This document shows positions 29,071 to 38,106 of a stretch of DNA of 64,000 nt, one piece after another (within the stretch, counting starts at the first letter, position 1; every line of letters begins with the position of its first letter). Under the pieces are notes generated by a model that was not told the DNA's origin, made no database searches, and saw nothing but the letters and a program-made list of their open reading frames with translations. Source of the DNA: a virus (Duplodnaviria > Caudoviricetes); the IMG/VR virus record IMGVR_UViG_2724679359_000002, positions 1 through 64,000 of that record; one strand, 5' to 3'. A program made the translations under genes and the position numbers.

Positions 29071-29391
29071 TTAAAATTTAATCCGTATAAATCGATTTGA
29101 ATACCAGCGCCCCAGGCCAATAATTTCTATTTTTGAGGTGAAATGTTTATAGCTTTCCTCGTCTTCTTTAAATGTTTTTAACGCCGCAATCCGGTGAAGC
29201 AATGCGATTTCTGCAAAAACATCGACAATGCCATTCTCATGAAATTTCAGGGTTTGGTTTTTAAAGTCGCCAAAGACTAACCGGGCCGCAAGGTAGCTAT
29301 TGACGAAACAAACAGCTCTAACTGCAACCATTTCAACTCTGCGGCGTTCCATTTCTTCATCAAATAAAAACTGAATATCTGCTTTGAGCAT
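29071..29391 (-). CDS. Hypothetical protein
   Basis: 106-aa ORF with GGAG SD in the early operon. Confidence 0.6.
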   Translation of the reverse strand: MLKADIQFLFDEEMERRRVEMVAVRAVCFVNSYLAARLVFGDFKNQTLKFHENGIVDVFAEIALLHRIAALKTFKEDEESYKHFTSKIEIIGLGRWYSNRFIRIKF

Positions 29392-29414
29392 TTCATTCTC
29401 CTAATAAGATATGG

Positions 29415-29645
29415 CTATTTTTTATATCCCTGCCCTTTTTCAGCCAGCCCACGGATTGCCGGGCGGGCCAATATGATCCTCTGGCAATCGTGAATGGCTC
29501 GGCAGAACTCGTCACGTTCACAAGGATGTTCAATCGAAAGCTGTAAATATTGATTCCATACATCGCCAAGCATTTGAGCAATTTGTTGCTCATCGGCTAA
29601 CAATGTGCAAATGGTGTCGGTGTAATTAATGCGGGTGACTTTCAC
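29415..29645 (-). CDS. Small helical phage protein
   Basis: 76 aa, overlaps the end of A; WNQYLQL..EHP.E.DEF..AIH..Q.II.AR. Confidence 0.7.
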   Translation of the reverse strand: MKVTRINYTDTICTLLADEQQIAQMLGDVWNQYLQLSIEHPCERDEFCRAIHDCQRIILARPAIRGLAEKGQGYKK

Positions 29646-32250
29646 GGTTTGCTCCCTCTCGTAATTTTGCCACGCGGCTCATGACGCTAAATACCCGCTG
29701 GGCGGTGGTTGGTTGGCACTGGTACAAACAATAATCCTCTCTTGCCCGCCAGTTCTGGCCGCCGATGGTCAACGTTGCGCCACAAGCCAGTGATTGCGCT
29801 TGCTGTTTGCTGATGGAAAGCCCGATTGACTCGGCAAAATCGCGGATTTTTGTTGTCACTGGTGCCAGTTGTACGGTTTTTTCTTGCCGCTGGACGGCCT
29901 TTTCGGCTGATACCTGGCGTGATAACTCCTCGGCTGGCGTCAATGGATTAGTTTTAATCGTTGCTACCGGCGCGTTTTTAATCCTGCGCAATAAGGCCCG
30001 GCGTTCTGCATCGGTGAGTGCGGTGAAATCGATTATTTTTTCTTCTAATATTCTGTCTATGGCCTCCTCCGGTTCGCGTATTTTTTGCTCTACCGGAGAG
30101 TTATTGACAGAACTCCAAGGGACGGCGGGGCCGTCCTGAAAAACATCAACCCCCACGGCAACGGCGGGTTTCGCCTTTTTACGGGCGACAATCTTCCAGC
30201 TTTTTAGACGGGTGCATATGCGCGACGCCTCGCCCAAAAGCGGGGAATAGATGCCGTAAATCTTCTCGGTGGTTTCGCCGTAGGCGTTGGGCTGCTCGTT
30301 GTCCTGATAGGCGATACGCACGGTGTATTCTTCGCGGGGGATTAAGACGCCACCCTGTTGCATGATGTAAGTAGCAAAACAACTGACATCAGCCGCCGAC
30401 ATAACCGCATCCATAGCCGGATCAAGTAATAGCTTTTTCCCTCGCATTGCAGCCACTTTCGCTGCAATGTCTGCGGGGTCAGTTTCTTCATCAATCAGGT
30501 GCTGTATGGCTAACTTAAATTCATCTGATTTAATCAGGTCATTGAGTAGCTTGTTATTCAGCTTGCGCAGCTCTCGCCAGACAGTCACCGGCGGGGTGCC
30601 TATTGGCTGATATTGGCGGATTCGGTGGCGTGATGCCCAGGCCATAGCAAAGCGGGCCGTCTCTTTCATCGGCTTGCCGGTTTCATTGTCTAATTCGCCA
30701 TCCAGCGCGTAACCATCAATATTTTTACTGATGTATTTAGCAATATAGGCGGTGGCGCTGCCTTTCTTCGGATCCAGCCGCTTGGCGGTAAACCGGGCGC
30801 TGGTGCGCTTACCTAATTCTGCACGATCCTCTTTTACGGCATAGGTGCGTATGATCTCAGTGATGGCGTGGCATTCTTGCGGTTTCATGAATAACAGTAA
30901 GTGCCAGTGCGGCGTACTGTCATGATGCGGCTCAGCGACACGAAAACCGTAGACGCGCAGATTTTCACGGCCCAGTTTGGAAGTAATGTTGCGCCATAAC
31001 TTGGTGAGATAGGCTTGCGCTTGTGGTGGCGTGGTGTAGTTCCATTTTGGGTTAGCGTGGCCGCTTTGGTTGTTAGCGTGATTTTTGGATGGGCAAGTAA
31101 TGGTATAGAACATGCCCACATCATCACGCGACTGAGCGACCAGTTCGATCCCTTTCATGCGCGCCATCAACTCATGGCGGCGAATAGTCGGATTACTGAT
31201 ACTGGCGTCCACCATTGCCTCTAAAGAAACGGTGTTGCCCTCATCATCAACTAATTCATGTCGCTTGAAGAATTCACGGTTGCGGCGCTTTTGCTCCATC
31301 CAGTCGGCCAGCGCTTCTTTGCTGATGTAAGGTGCGGCACGCTTATGGATCAAGCCAGCGGCGCGCAACTGGCTTTCTCGCCAATCATTACGCAGCCGCC
31401 ACAATTTACTCTCCCACCAATCCGCATTAATCAGTCGGGCAATAGCAGAATGATAAACTGCACGATCCACTGGTTCATCTGGTTGGTTGGGCTTCGGCCC
31501 CAGCTCGCGCCAGTGCGGTGGCTTGACCCGTAAAGATCGCACTTCAAGCGCAATATTGCGATAAATGGTTAATAACTCGGCATCAGATAAGGTGCGGGTT
31601 TCGTCGGTGGGTGTTGATACCTCAGTGCAAAACATTTCATTAATGCGGCCAGCAACATCATTCGCCAGCGACTTAACCCGGCGCTTGTTTAGCTCGGCAA
31701 GGTGGCTGTAAATCCCCTGAAAATAAGCCATTAACTCAGATTTGCGGCCCTTGCTCACTCCCTGATATTCGCGCACAGCATCCAGACGTAACAATGCATT
31801 CTTGCCGGTGCCGGTTAAGAATGCATTGGTATGTTTATCGCCATGGTTTTCACGTAACCATCTAATTTTATTTTGAAAGTGTGACTTAATAAAAATAGGC
31901 TGCTGATCAATGCGGGCCTCGACACCTTGCGGTGAATCAGCCCATTGCTGTTTCTCACGCAAATAGACTTGGCGCTCAAGCTCGGCGCGTTCCCTGCGCA
32001 TTTTAAGTAAGGTTTGATTAGGCTCGCGTAATTCGGTATATCCCAATGCATTCAGGCGTTTCACATAGCGAATAACCAGCGGGTGAGATTTTGGTTTTGC
32101 TACCACTGCGACCGGTGCTAAAGATTGGTAGCCACCAATGGCAGGGCGCGGGGCATTCCATGAGTGCTCCCATTCAATAGAAACATCACCGCTGCCCGGA
32201 TAAGGCAGCGGTGGTACTGGGGTGATGCGGCTTCGTGAATGCTCGGTCAT
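29626..32250 (-). CDS. A: Rolling-circle replication initiator gpA
   Basis: TITCPSK, EPHHDSTPHWHLL (HUH motif), YIAKYISKNIDG. Confidence 0.95.
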   Translation of the reverse strand: MTEHSRSRITPVPPLPYPGSGDVSIEWEHSWNAPRPAIGGYQSLAPVAVVAKPKSHPLVIRYVKRLNALGYTELREPNQTLLKMRRERAELERQVYLREKQQWADSPQGVEARIDQQPIFIKSHFQNKIRWLRENHGDKHTNAFLTGTGKNALLRLDAVREYQGVSKGRKSELMAYFQGIYSHLAELNKRRVKSLANDVAGRINEMFCTEVSTPTDETRTLSDAELLTIYRNIALEVRSLRVKPPHWRELGPKPNQPDEPVDRAVYHSAIARLINADWWESKLWRLRNDWRESQLRAAGLIHKRAAPYISKEALADWMEQKRRNREFFKRHELVDDEGNTVSLEAMVDASISNPTIRRHELMARMKGIELVAQSRDDVGMFYTITCPSKNHANNQSGHANPKWNYTTPPQAQAYLTKLWRNITSKLGRENLRVYGFRVAEPHHDSTPHWHLLLFMKPQECHAITEIIRTYAVKEDRAELGKRTSARFTAKRLDPKKGSATAYIAKYISKNIDGYALDGELDNETGKPMKETARFAMAWASRHRIRQYQPIGTPPVTVWRELRKLNNKLLNDLIKSDEFKLAIQHLIDEETDPADIAAKVAAMRGKKLLLDPAMDAVMSAADVSCFATYIMQQGGVLIPREEYTVRIAYQDNEQPNAYGETTEKIYGIYSPLLGEASRICTRLKSWKIVARKKAKPAVAVGVDVFQDGPAVPWSSVNNSPVEQKIREPEEAIDRILEEKIIDFTALTDAERRALLRRIKNAPVATIKTNPLTPAEELSRQVSAEKAVQRQEKTVQLAPVTTKIRDFAESIGLSISKQQAQSLACGATLTIGGQNWRAREDYCLYQCQPTTAQRVFSVMSRVAKLREGANRESHPH
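30100..30126 (-). other. P2-type replication origin inside A
   Basis: GCCGTCCCTTGGAGTTCTGTCAATAAC, a variant of the P2 ori GCGCCTCGGAGTCCTGTCAATAAC. Confidence 0.7.
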
Positions 32251-33404
32251 TCAGTGACGCCAGCCAGATCAATAGCTATCCACAGGGGCGTGGCTAAATA
32301 TGCCCTAATGAATGCTTCTGTCGTCGGAGCATTAATGGCGTTTCCGTAGGCGCGCAGTCGTCCCACGCGATTGGTAATCCCATCAACCAACGGGAATGTG
32401 CCGGATTCAGCTGGCCGCCACTTTCCATCCCTGCACAGGAGCCAGTCAGCATCTCGCCAGAAGCCATTAACCGCGCCGCCTGATGCAACGGAAGATGGTC
32501 TCGGCTCCCAATTGAATTGATCACTACTGTCGTGAGGCTTTCCTGAGTTCCTTTCTTGCCCGTGTTCCGGTTCTGATACCCCAGTCGGGCCTCTGTTGCT
32601 AACGGTGTCGGCCATCCCGCTAAAAGAACCTGCCCGTTCAATGTCATGCCGCCCTGCCTCAACGGCGGTGTCTTGCTGCCTTTCCCATTTCCCGCTGTTG
32701 GCGTTGTCCATCCCGACAAGGTAGCTGCTAGCGTTAAAGGCATTCCACCCTGCGCATAGGGCTTCGTTCGTTGGGCTGTATCGCAAGTCGGTGTCGGCCA
32801 GCCCGCTATGGCTGACGCATTCGCCAGCGTGTCCGTGAAATTCCCTTTCCGCATTTGTCTGCCCAACCCCGACACCCCCTTGTAATCTCTGGTCGTCGGT
32901 GTCGGCCACCCAGAAGAGGCGCTGCCTGATGTTCGGCGCACCGAAGCCCGCAGCGCAAAGATCGACCGCTGTTGGGGAGTAATTCGCACTTTCCAAGTCA
33001 GCTTGTACAAGGTCGAGCCATGTAAGGCCGTCTTTGCTTGCAACCTGCTCACCAAAAATTGTTGGTGGCCGGCGCTGTTGGATGAGGTGAAAGAATGCGG
33101 GCCACAGGTGCCGCTCATCATCAAACCCGCCGCCTTTGCCTGCCGCGCTGAAAGGCTGGCAAGGGCAAGAGCCTGTCCAAACTGGCTCGTCGTCAGGCCA
33201 TCCAGCTTGTCGCAAGGCATATGACCAGACGCCGATTCCTGCAAAGAAATGGCACTGAGTGAATTCTCGTAAGTCGTCGGGTTTGACATCTTCAATACTC
33301 CGCTCATCAACATAGCCGGGGGCAATATGACCGGCTTTAATAAGGTTTCTCAGCCACTGGGCTGCATAGGGATCAATCTCGTTGTAATAGGCGTTTGTGG
33401 TCAT
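32247..33404 (-). CDS. C5 cytosine DNA methyltransferase, catalytic (alpha) chain
   Basis: FFAGIG (motif I), GSCPCQPFS (IV), GEQV (VI), [10 protein letters not shown] (VIII), LRAYGNAI (X); no motif IX in this frame. Confidence 0.9.
   Translation of the reverse strand: MTTNAYYNEIDPYAAQWLRNLIKAGHIAPGYVDERSIEDVKPDDLREFTQCHFFAGIGVWSYALRQAGWPDDEPVWTGSCPCQPFSAAGKGGGFDDERHLWPAFFHLIQQRRPPTIFGEQVASKDGLTWLDLVQADLESANYSPTAVDLCAAGFGAPNIRQRLFWVADTDDQRLQGGVGVGQTNAEREFHGHAGECVSHSGLADTDLRYSPTNEALCAGWNAFNASSYLVGMDNANSGKWERQQDTAVEAGRHDIERAGSFSGMADTVSNRGPTGVSEPEHGQERNSGKPHDSSDQFNWEPRPSSVASGGAVNGFWRDADWLLCRDGKWRPAESGTFPLVDGITNRVGRLRAYGNAINAPTTEAFIRAYLATPLWIAIDLAGVTE
32294..33325 (-). CDS. Nested +1-frame methyltransferase beta chain with motif IX and four TRD-like repeats
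   Basis: 343 open codons inside the MTase gene; [14 protein letters not shown] (motif IX); GW(P/T)TP x4; candidate start 33289 with GGAG SD. Confidence 0.75.
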   Translation of the reverse strand: MPPAMLMSGVLKMSNPTTYENSLSAISLQESASGHMPCDKLDGLTTSQFGQALALASLSARQAKAAGLMMSGTCGPHSFTSSNSAGHQQFLVSRLQAKTALHGSTLYKLTWKVRITPQQRSIFALRASVRRTSGSASSGWPTPTTRDYKGVSGLGRQMRKGNFTDTLANASAIAGWPTPTCDTAQRTKPYAQGGMPLTLAATLSGWTTPTAGNGKGSKTPPLRQGGMTLNGQVLLAGWPTPLATEARLGYQNRNTGKKGTQESLTTVVINSIGSRDHLPLHQAARLMASGEMLTGSCAGMESGGQLNPAHSRWLMGLPIAWDDCAPTETPLMLRRQKHSLGHI

Positions 33405-34219
33405 ATTGCCGCCCCCAAGGTCGCAATGATTTCACCTACAGCTTTACGACCATCGGCTTTACAACTGGCAGAGCGGGGGGCGGTGATGCTGTGAATATCG
33501 AAACTTTCGTAAAGATACCGGCCGTGTGGAGTATCGCTGTTCGATGCAATAACATGGCAACCCTGACCTGCGGTGATCGTGAGTATTTCCGACAACCAAA
33601 ATTGCTCATTAGAACCAAAGCCGCTGGTGTGGTAACTGGTAAAATCTGCGGTCGTGGATGTAGGGATATAGGGCGGATCGCAATAAACCACGTCGCCCGG
33701 CATGGTCATTGTTAATGCTTCGGAAAAATCACAGCATACAAACGTGGCCTTTTGGGCTTTTTCAGCGAAATAGCGGATCTCGGTTTCGGGGAAATAAGGC
33801 GCTTTATATCTTCCGTAGGGAACGTTGAATTCGCCTTTTTGGTTATAGCGGCAAATACCGCCATGGCAATGACGGTTTAAATATAAAAACATGGCGGCGT
33901 TGAATTCGTCGCTAAATTCACGCTCATTAAAAGATTGGCGATTAAAATAATAATCAGCCTCGTTGTTATCTAATCTGAAAAGCTCTTCCGCAAGAACAAT
34001 GACGGTTTTATAATCTTTTTGTAATTGCTGATAGAAATTAATTAAATCGCCGTTAATGTCAGCAATTAAATATTCGTCATAATCAGTATTCAGCATAATT
34101 GAGCATGACCCGGCGAACGGCTCTACCAGCCGTTTACCTGCGGGTAGATGCTGGCGCAAGATTGGCATAATACGGCCTTTGGAACCGGCCCATTTCAGCG
34201 GGGAGAAAATACGTTTCAT
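33401..34219 (-). CDS. dam: DNA adenine methylase
   Basis: LKWAGSK, EPFAGS, RYNQKGEFNVPYG, YCDPPY. Confidence 0.95.
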   Translation of the reverse strand: MKRIFSPLKWAGSKGRIMPILRQHLPAGKRLVEPFAGSCSIMLNTDYDEYLIADINGDLINFYQQLQKDYKTVIVLAEELFRLDNNEADYYFNRQSFNEREFSDEFNAAMFLYLNRHCHGGICRYNQKGEFNVPYGRYKAPYFPETEIRYFAEKAQKATFVCCDFSEALTMTMPGDVVYCDPPYIPTSTTADFTSYHTSGFGSNEQFWLSEILTITAGQGCHVIASNSDTPHGRYLYESFDIHSITAPRSASCKADGRKAVGEIIATLGAAI

Positions 34220-34854
34220 GATTTCACCCCCGCCATGGCACGGATAACACCTAGCGTTGTTTTGCAATCGGCAAGTGCGCGGTGCGGCGTTCCATCAATA
34301 ACAACGCCTTGTTGTTCGGCTGCATTACTCAGCCTTTGCCATTTAAATTTATTCCGCTTCTCATCCCGCTGGCCGTAATACTCAGCATAATTGCGCATGG
34401 CGCATTCGGCGTTAAGCTCAAGAGAACCAAAGCCGCAGCCGTTTATTCCCGCTGTTTGCAGAATTAACCGGACATCAAAATCAACGTTGTAAATAACTAG
34501 TATTCTGGTGTGGATGAGCGCCATGAGTTGCCAATGAATATCACGCCATGTTGGGGCGGCGGCGACCATTTCATTCGTAATACCATGAATCGCAGTTACC
34601 TCGGCTGGGATGGGATTGTGTGGCTTAACCAACGTATTGAGCAATACCTTACCGGTGCAATCGATAATGCATATTTCTATAATCTCGGCATCTTTGCCAA
34701 GGCCCGTGGTTTCGGTATCCAGAATAAGACAGTTATCTTTTAGCCATTTTTTGGCTCGGCGCTTTGCAATTAACTTGCAACACAACTTTCCGGCCTTATT
34801 AATGAGTCGGAAGAAAGAACAGATCAATGGAGGGAGCGAATTATTAGTATTCAA
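34216..34854 (-). CDS. DEDDh 3'-5' exonuclease
   Basis: ILDTETTG, IHGIT, YNVDFD, HRALADC. Confidence 0.92.
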   Translation of the reverse strand: MNTNNSLPPLICSFFRLINKAGKLCCKLIAKRRAKKWLKDNCLILDTETTGLGKDAEIIEICIIDCTGKVLLNTLVKPHNPIPAEVTAIHGITNEMVAAAPTWRDIHWQLMALIHTRILVIYNVDFDVRLILQTAGINGCGFGSLELNAECAMRNYAEYYGQRDEKRNKFKWQRLSNAAEQQGVVIDGTPHRALADCKTTLGVIRAMAGVKS

Positions 34855-35507
34855 AATGGGATACCTTCGTCAGAACCATCACGGTAACAATCTATAGAAT
34901 CAATTCCATCAAATGAGAGCATGACGTAGTTGGGTATAGCGAAATCACATGGAGTCACGTGCGTAACTTCAACTACAATACTCCGCCCTGAATATCCGGC
35001 GTTTAATTCCCACTCATTTAAAATTAAACAATCTCCGACAGAATAATCACGGTCATTCAGTCGCAATTCAGCTTTTTTATATCCGATGAATACGGCGTCG
35101 AAATACTCCGGGATTATTTTTAATGCATGAAATGCTGGTACCCCCCGCATATCCAACGCTTCCCTGTAGGCTGATTCGGTTTTACTAATGGCTGAAATAA
35201 CATTAATCACAGTCTGGTGTGCGTAATTAGTGGTGCAGCCTTTGCCGTGCGTTGTTGCTTCAATCGCCGCTACTATCGAATCCAAGTAGCCTGATACTTT
35301 CATTGCAGCACCGGAAACTATTTCCACCTGTTTTCTCAATGCATCTATAGTGACTGATTGTTTATTGATCGCGCGCTCTAGGTAGGCAAGATCAGCAAGG
35401 GCCTTATCTTTCTCCCCATGAGTAAGGCCATGCTCCGGACGTCTGTTAATAAAATTTCGTAAATATATAATTGCTGGAATGTCTGTATTTTCTTTCTGCT
35501 TTTCCAT
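34851..35507 (-). CDS. Protein with C-terminal ASCH/DUF3850-like domain
   Basis: HALKIIPEYFDAV..GYKKAELRLNDRDYSVGD.L.LNEW. Confidence 0.8.
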   Translation of the reverse strand: MEKQKENTDIPAIIYLRNFINRRPEHGLTHGEKDKALADLAYLERAINKQSVTIDALRKQVEIVSGAAMKVSGYLDSIVAAIEATTHGKGCTTNYAHQTVINVISAISKTESAYREALDMRGVPAFHALKIIPEYFDAVFIGYKKAELRLNDRDYSVGDCLILNEWELNAGYSGRSIVVEVTHVTPCDFAIPNYVMLSFDGIDSIDCYRDGSDEGIPF

Positions 35508-35589
35508 ATCACATCACCTTATTTTAGATAATAGGAATCCCGGCACGATAAATGCGCCATTTTTAATAGCCCGCTAAAACGCTATTTAT

Positions 35590-35898
35590 TTACAACAAGT
35601 CTTTCGGGATTGAATTTAAATCAACCCATAAATCTAAAGCTGCTTTACGCACTGCTTTTCTTTCGTGAAATTCCAATTCCCTGAATTTTCTATCATGGCT
35701 GTCTTTCTTTATCCCAGCCGCATAATAAATAATGCCTTTTGTTTTACCCTTGCTTAATAATTCCAGACGCCGTTCAAACTCTTCATCTGGATCCTTTTTA
35801 AACAATTCCTTTATGCGGTCTAAATGCCGTAAACCTACTTTCTGATTCCACTCCTGCATTGAAAGTGGTGACTCATCCGAATTAATTTGCTCCATCAT
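35590..35898 (-). CDS. Early phage protein (DUF5347-like)
   Basis: IYYAAGI..D.H...F.EL...ERKA pattern; GAGGTG SD. Confidence 0.6.
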   Translation of the reverse strand: MMEQINSDESPLSMQEWNQKVGLRHLDRIKELFKKDPDEEFERRLELLSKGKTKGIIYYAAGIKKDSHDRKFRELEFHERKAVRKAALDLWVDLNSIPKDLL

Positions 35899-35942
35899 TC
35901 ACCTCACGGTGTGACTTATCAGAAAAAATAAATTAAAGCCGG

Positions 35943-36203
35943 TTAGTGATGTAAAGGTTTGGGAATATCACCGCCATTACACTGAGTGACCAGTTGCTCT
36001 AATTCCTGAGCGCTATCTTGATCCCCGGATGCGTGCGCGGCACTTAACAAACCCTCCAGACCAACACTCAGACGAAAGGCATAATCATTCAGCGAAAACA
36101 TTCGCACCTCGTCGGCAACAGCGGAAGCGATGCGCATGTTTTCGGCCTTGAAGTGGTATTGCTGCAACAGGTCGTTAATTAATGTGGAATATGCTTGTTT
36201 CAT
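35943..36203 (-). CDS. Hypothetical early protein
   Basis: 86-aa ORF in the early operon. Confidence 0.6.
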   Translation of the reverse strand: MKQAYSTLINDLLQQYHFKAENMRIASAVADEVRMFSLNDYAFRLSVGLEGLLSAAHASGDQDSAQELEQLVTQCNGGDIPKPLHH

Positions 36204-36240
36204 TACCGCCCCTTAAATGTCCATTTATAAATAGAAACTA

Positions 36241-36522
36241 TCAGACTGCTTTTCCATCAAATTTTGTGCCGCAAAATGGACAATGCTTAATCACTATATA
36301 AACATCTGAATTGGTGATTCTTTGTTCATTGGTGCCGTCTTTTTTCTTGCGGTAATAACGGAAAATATAATTAAGAGAAACAGGGCAATAATCGCCACGG
36401 CTAAAGGAAAGCATTTCGCGGTCAAAGCGTGATTCGTCAACTTTACCGATTGAATCAGCGTTCTTTTCCCGTAATGCAGAGTCCGCTTTAGCGGCGACAT
36501 CGTTAAAACAAGTACAAGCCAT
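36241..36522 (-). CDS. Hypothetical Zn-binding protein
   Basis: N-terminal CxC and C-terminal HCPFCG; AAGGTG SD. Confidence 0.7.
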   Translation of the reverse strand: MACTCFNDVAAKADSALREKNADSIGKVDESRFDREMLSFSRGDYCPVSLNYIFRYYRKKKDGTNEQRITNSDVYIVIKHCPFCGTKFDGKAV

Positions 36523-36563
36523 TTAATTCACCTTAAATAAACGTGAGTGGAGCCTTGTCAAAA

Positions 36564-36716
36564 TTACTGACGTGCTTTGCGCTCTGCTGCTCTTTTGATA
36601 CTGGTGCGGCGGCGGTGATCGCGGATCACAGCGCGGGCAGACAAAACAGCAACCCAGATCAGAAACACCAGCACGGCCAATACACCGCTGGTCAATTCAA
36701 TTAGTTGCCCTGGCAT
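36564..36716 (-). CDS. Small single-TM protein (50 aa)
   Basis: MPGQLIELTSGVLAVLVFLIWVAVLSARAVIRDHRRRTSIKRAAERKARQ; GAGGTG SD; fills a gap in the operon; not in the ORF track. Confidence 0.65.
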   Translation of the reverse strand: MPGQLIELTSGVLAVLVFLIWVAVLSARAVIRDHRRRTSIKRAAERKARQ

Positions 36717-37015
36717 GTCGGCACCTCTTCATTAAACGGAGGAGGAAGCGCGCCAGATTCACGGAATTGCTGTGTTGCTGCATTTAGTTGGTGAAAAGTG
36801 GCCAATTCGTTTTCACGCAACTGCCATGCTATGGCGGTAATCATGCTCAAACCTGCCAATGTGTTGCTGGTGATGGCTTTCTTTTCACGTGCATGGAGAC
36901 TTGTTCTTAATGAATAAATGCCATCTTTCCCTACTTGGCGATTGATTAGCTCGGCCATATCAGCGCTGTGCGTTTGCAGTATGGCGTTAGCTATCTGTAG
37001 GCAAGGTGATTTCAT
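36701..37015 (-). CDS. Hypothetical early protein
   Basis: 104-aa ORF with ATGA overlap to the upstream gene. Confidence 0.65.
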   Translation of the reverse strand: MKSPCLQIANAILQTHSADMAELINRQVGKDGIYSLRTSLHAREKKAITSNTLAGLSMITAIAWQLRENELATFHQLNAATQQFRESGALPPPFNEEVPTCQGN

Positions 37016-37218
37016 GCTGCGGCTCCTGTCTCACGCTCGTCGTGTAACTGATCGATAAATCCGGTGGCGAGTGCTTGCGCGTCAAACAAGCCGAAAGACT
37101 GCTCACCCAAGAAAACCTCATACCGATTAAGTAAGTTAATGGCCGTTCTGCGACGAAAATTAATTACAAACCCGCGATAAATTGACGTGTTACGGCTGAT
37201 GGCGGTTAAGGTATGCAT
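37012..37218 (-). CDS. Hypothetical early protein (DUF4761-like)
   Basis: SRNT.IYRGF.I...R...N...RYEV....QSFG.FDA. Confidence 0.6.
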   Translation of the reverse strand: MHTLTAISRNTSIYRGFVINFRRRTAINLLNRYEVFLGEQSFGLFDAQALATGFIDQLHDERETGAAA

Positions 37219-37229
37219 TGTATTTTCCC

Positions 37230-37433
37230 CTAACTATTGGCAATGGCATCTTTCAACATAGCGACCAAGTTAACTTCAACTTTGTCTCCGGCTTTAATTT
37301 TCGGACGAATAATAATCCGGCCATCGCGCACCATTCCCCGGCAGGTAGCGAAAGGGATACCAGTCATTACGGCATATTCTTTCAGAGAGACATAGCCCGT
37401 GGGTACGGTGATATTAATGGTGACATTACCCAT
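37230..37433 (-). CDS. Cox/Apl-like excisionase-regulator
   Basis: YVSLKEYAVMTGIP...GRIII...K......VNL winged HTH; divergent from the repressor. Confidence 0.8.
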   Translation of the reverse strand: MGNVTINITVPTGYVSLKEYAVMTGIPFATCRGMVRDGRIIIRPKIKAGDKVEVNLVAMLKDAIANS

Positions 37434-37445
37434 AATTTCCCCTTA

Positions 37446-37637
37446 TCAATCAGCCTGAATAGCAGCGATCCCGCGCAAGTAAACCAGGCGGGCCATACTG
37501 GAAATTGAACGACTTTCTTTTGCTGCAAGTGCTTCTAATTCAGAGCGTTCACCATCAGATAAACGCATGGGGGTAGGATTTTTTGAGGCGATTCCTTTCG
37601 GTAATCGCGAGCGTTGATCATGTTCGACTTGTTTCAT
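37446..37637 (-). CDS. Ribbon-helix-helix regulator
   Basis: PMRLSDGERSELEALAAKESRSISSMAR; first gene of the early operon. Confidence 0.7.
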   Translation of the reverse strand: MKQVEHDQRSRLPKGIASKNPTPMRLSDGERSELEALAAKESRSISSMARLVYLRGIAAIQAD

Positions 37638-37697
37638 AATGATATATTGTGATCCACTAAGTTCCTGTACAACACAATTTAAGGAAGTATTGTTCCT

Positions 37698-38066
37698 ATG
37701 TCAAATAAAAAAGAGGAATTATTATTCCTAATTGGCGCGCGACTGCGTGAAGAAAGGGAAAAAACGGGTGAAAGCCAAGAGGCTATGGCGACAAATTTTG
37801 GTGTTTCAACCAGAACATGGGGTAAATACGAGAGAGGGGAAACTGTACCTGATGCAGCCACACTCGCATTGTTGAATGCTCAGTATGGTTTAGACGTCAT
37901 GTATATACTGACTGGGAAACGAACCCCTCCAGATACTATCTCTACAGAAGAGCTGAAATTAGTAGAGAATTACCGAGCAATGGATGACTCGGCAAGGCTA
38001 AATATACAGGCGGTTGGCGATGCGTTCGCGCAATCGAAGCCGAATAAATTAGCTAACAATAAATAG
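37698..38066 (+). CDS. XRE-HTH immunity repressor
   Basis: IGARLREER...SQ..MA..FGVS..TW.KYERGE..PD...DVMYILTG. Confidence 0.9.
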   Translation: MSNKKEELLFLIGARLREEREKTGESQEAMATNFGVSTRTWGKYERGETVPDAATLALLNAQYGLDVMYILTGKRTPPDTISTEELKLVENYRAMDDSARLNIQAVGDAFAQSKPNKLANNK

Positions 38067-38106
38067 TGAATAAGCATTATTTTTACGAATATGGAGATTT
38101 TTTATA

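Noticed and set aside
32520-32915. Repeat-spacer pattern as a CRISPR array or DGR template
   Set aside because: Repeats are short, degenerate, codon-phased and within coding frames; no cas or reverse transcriptase gene is present in the window.
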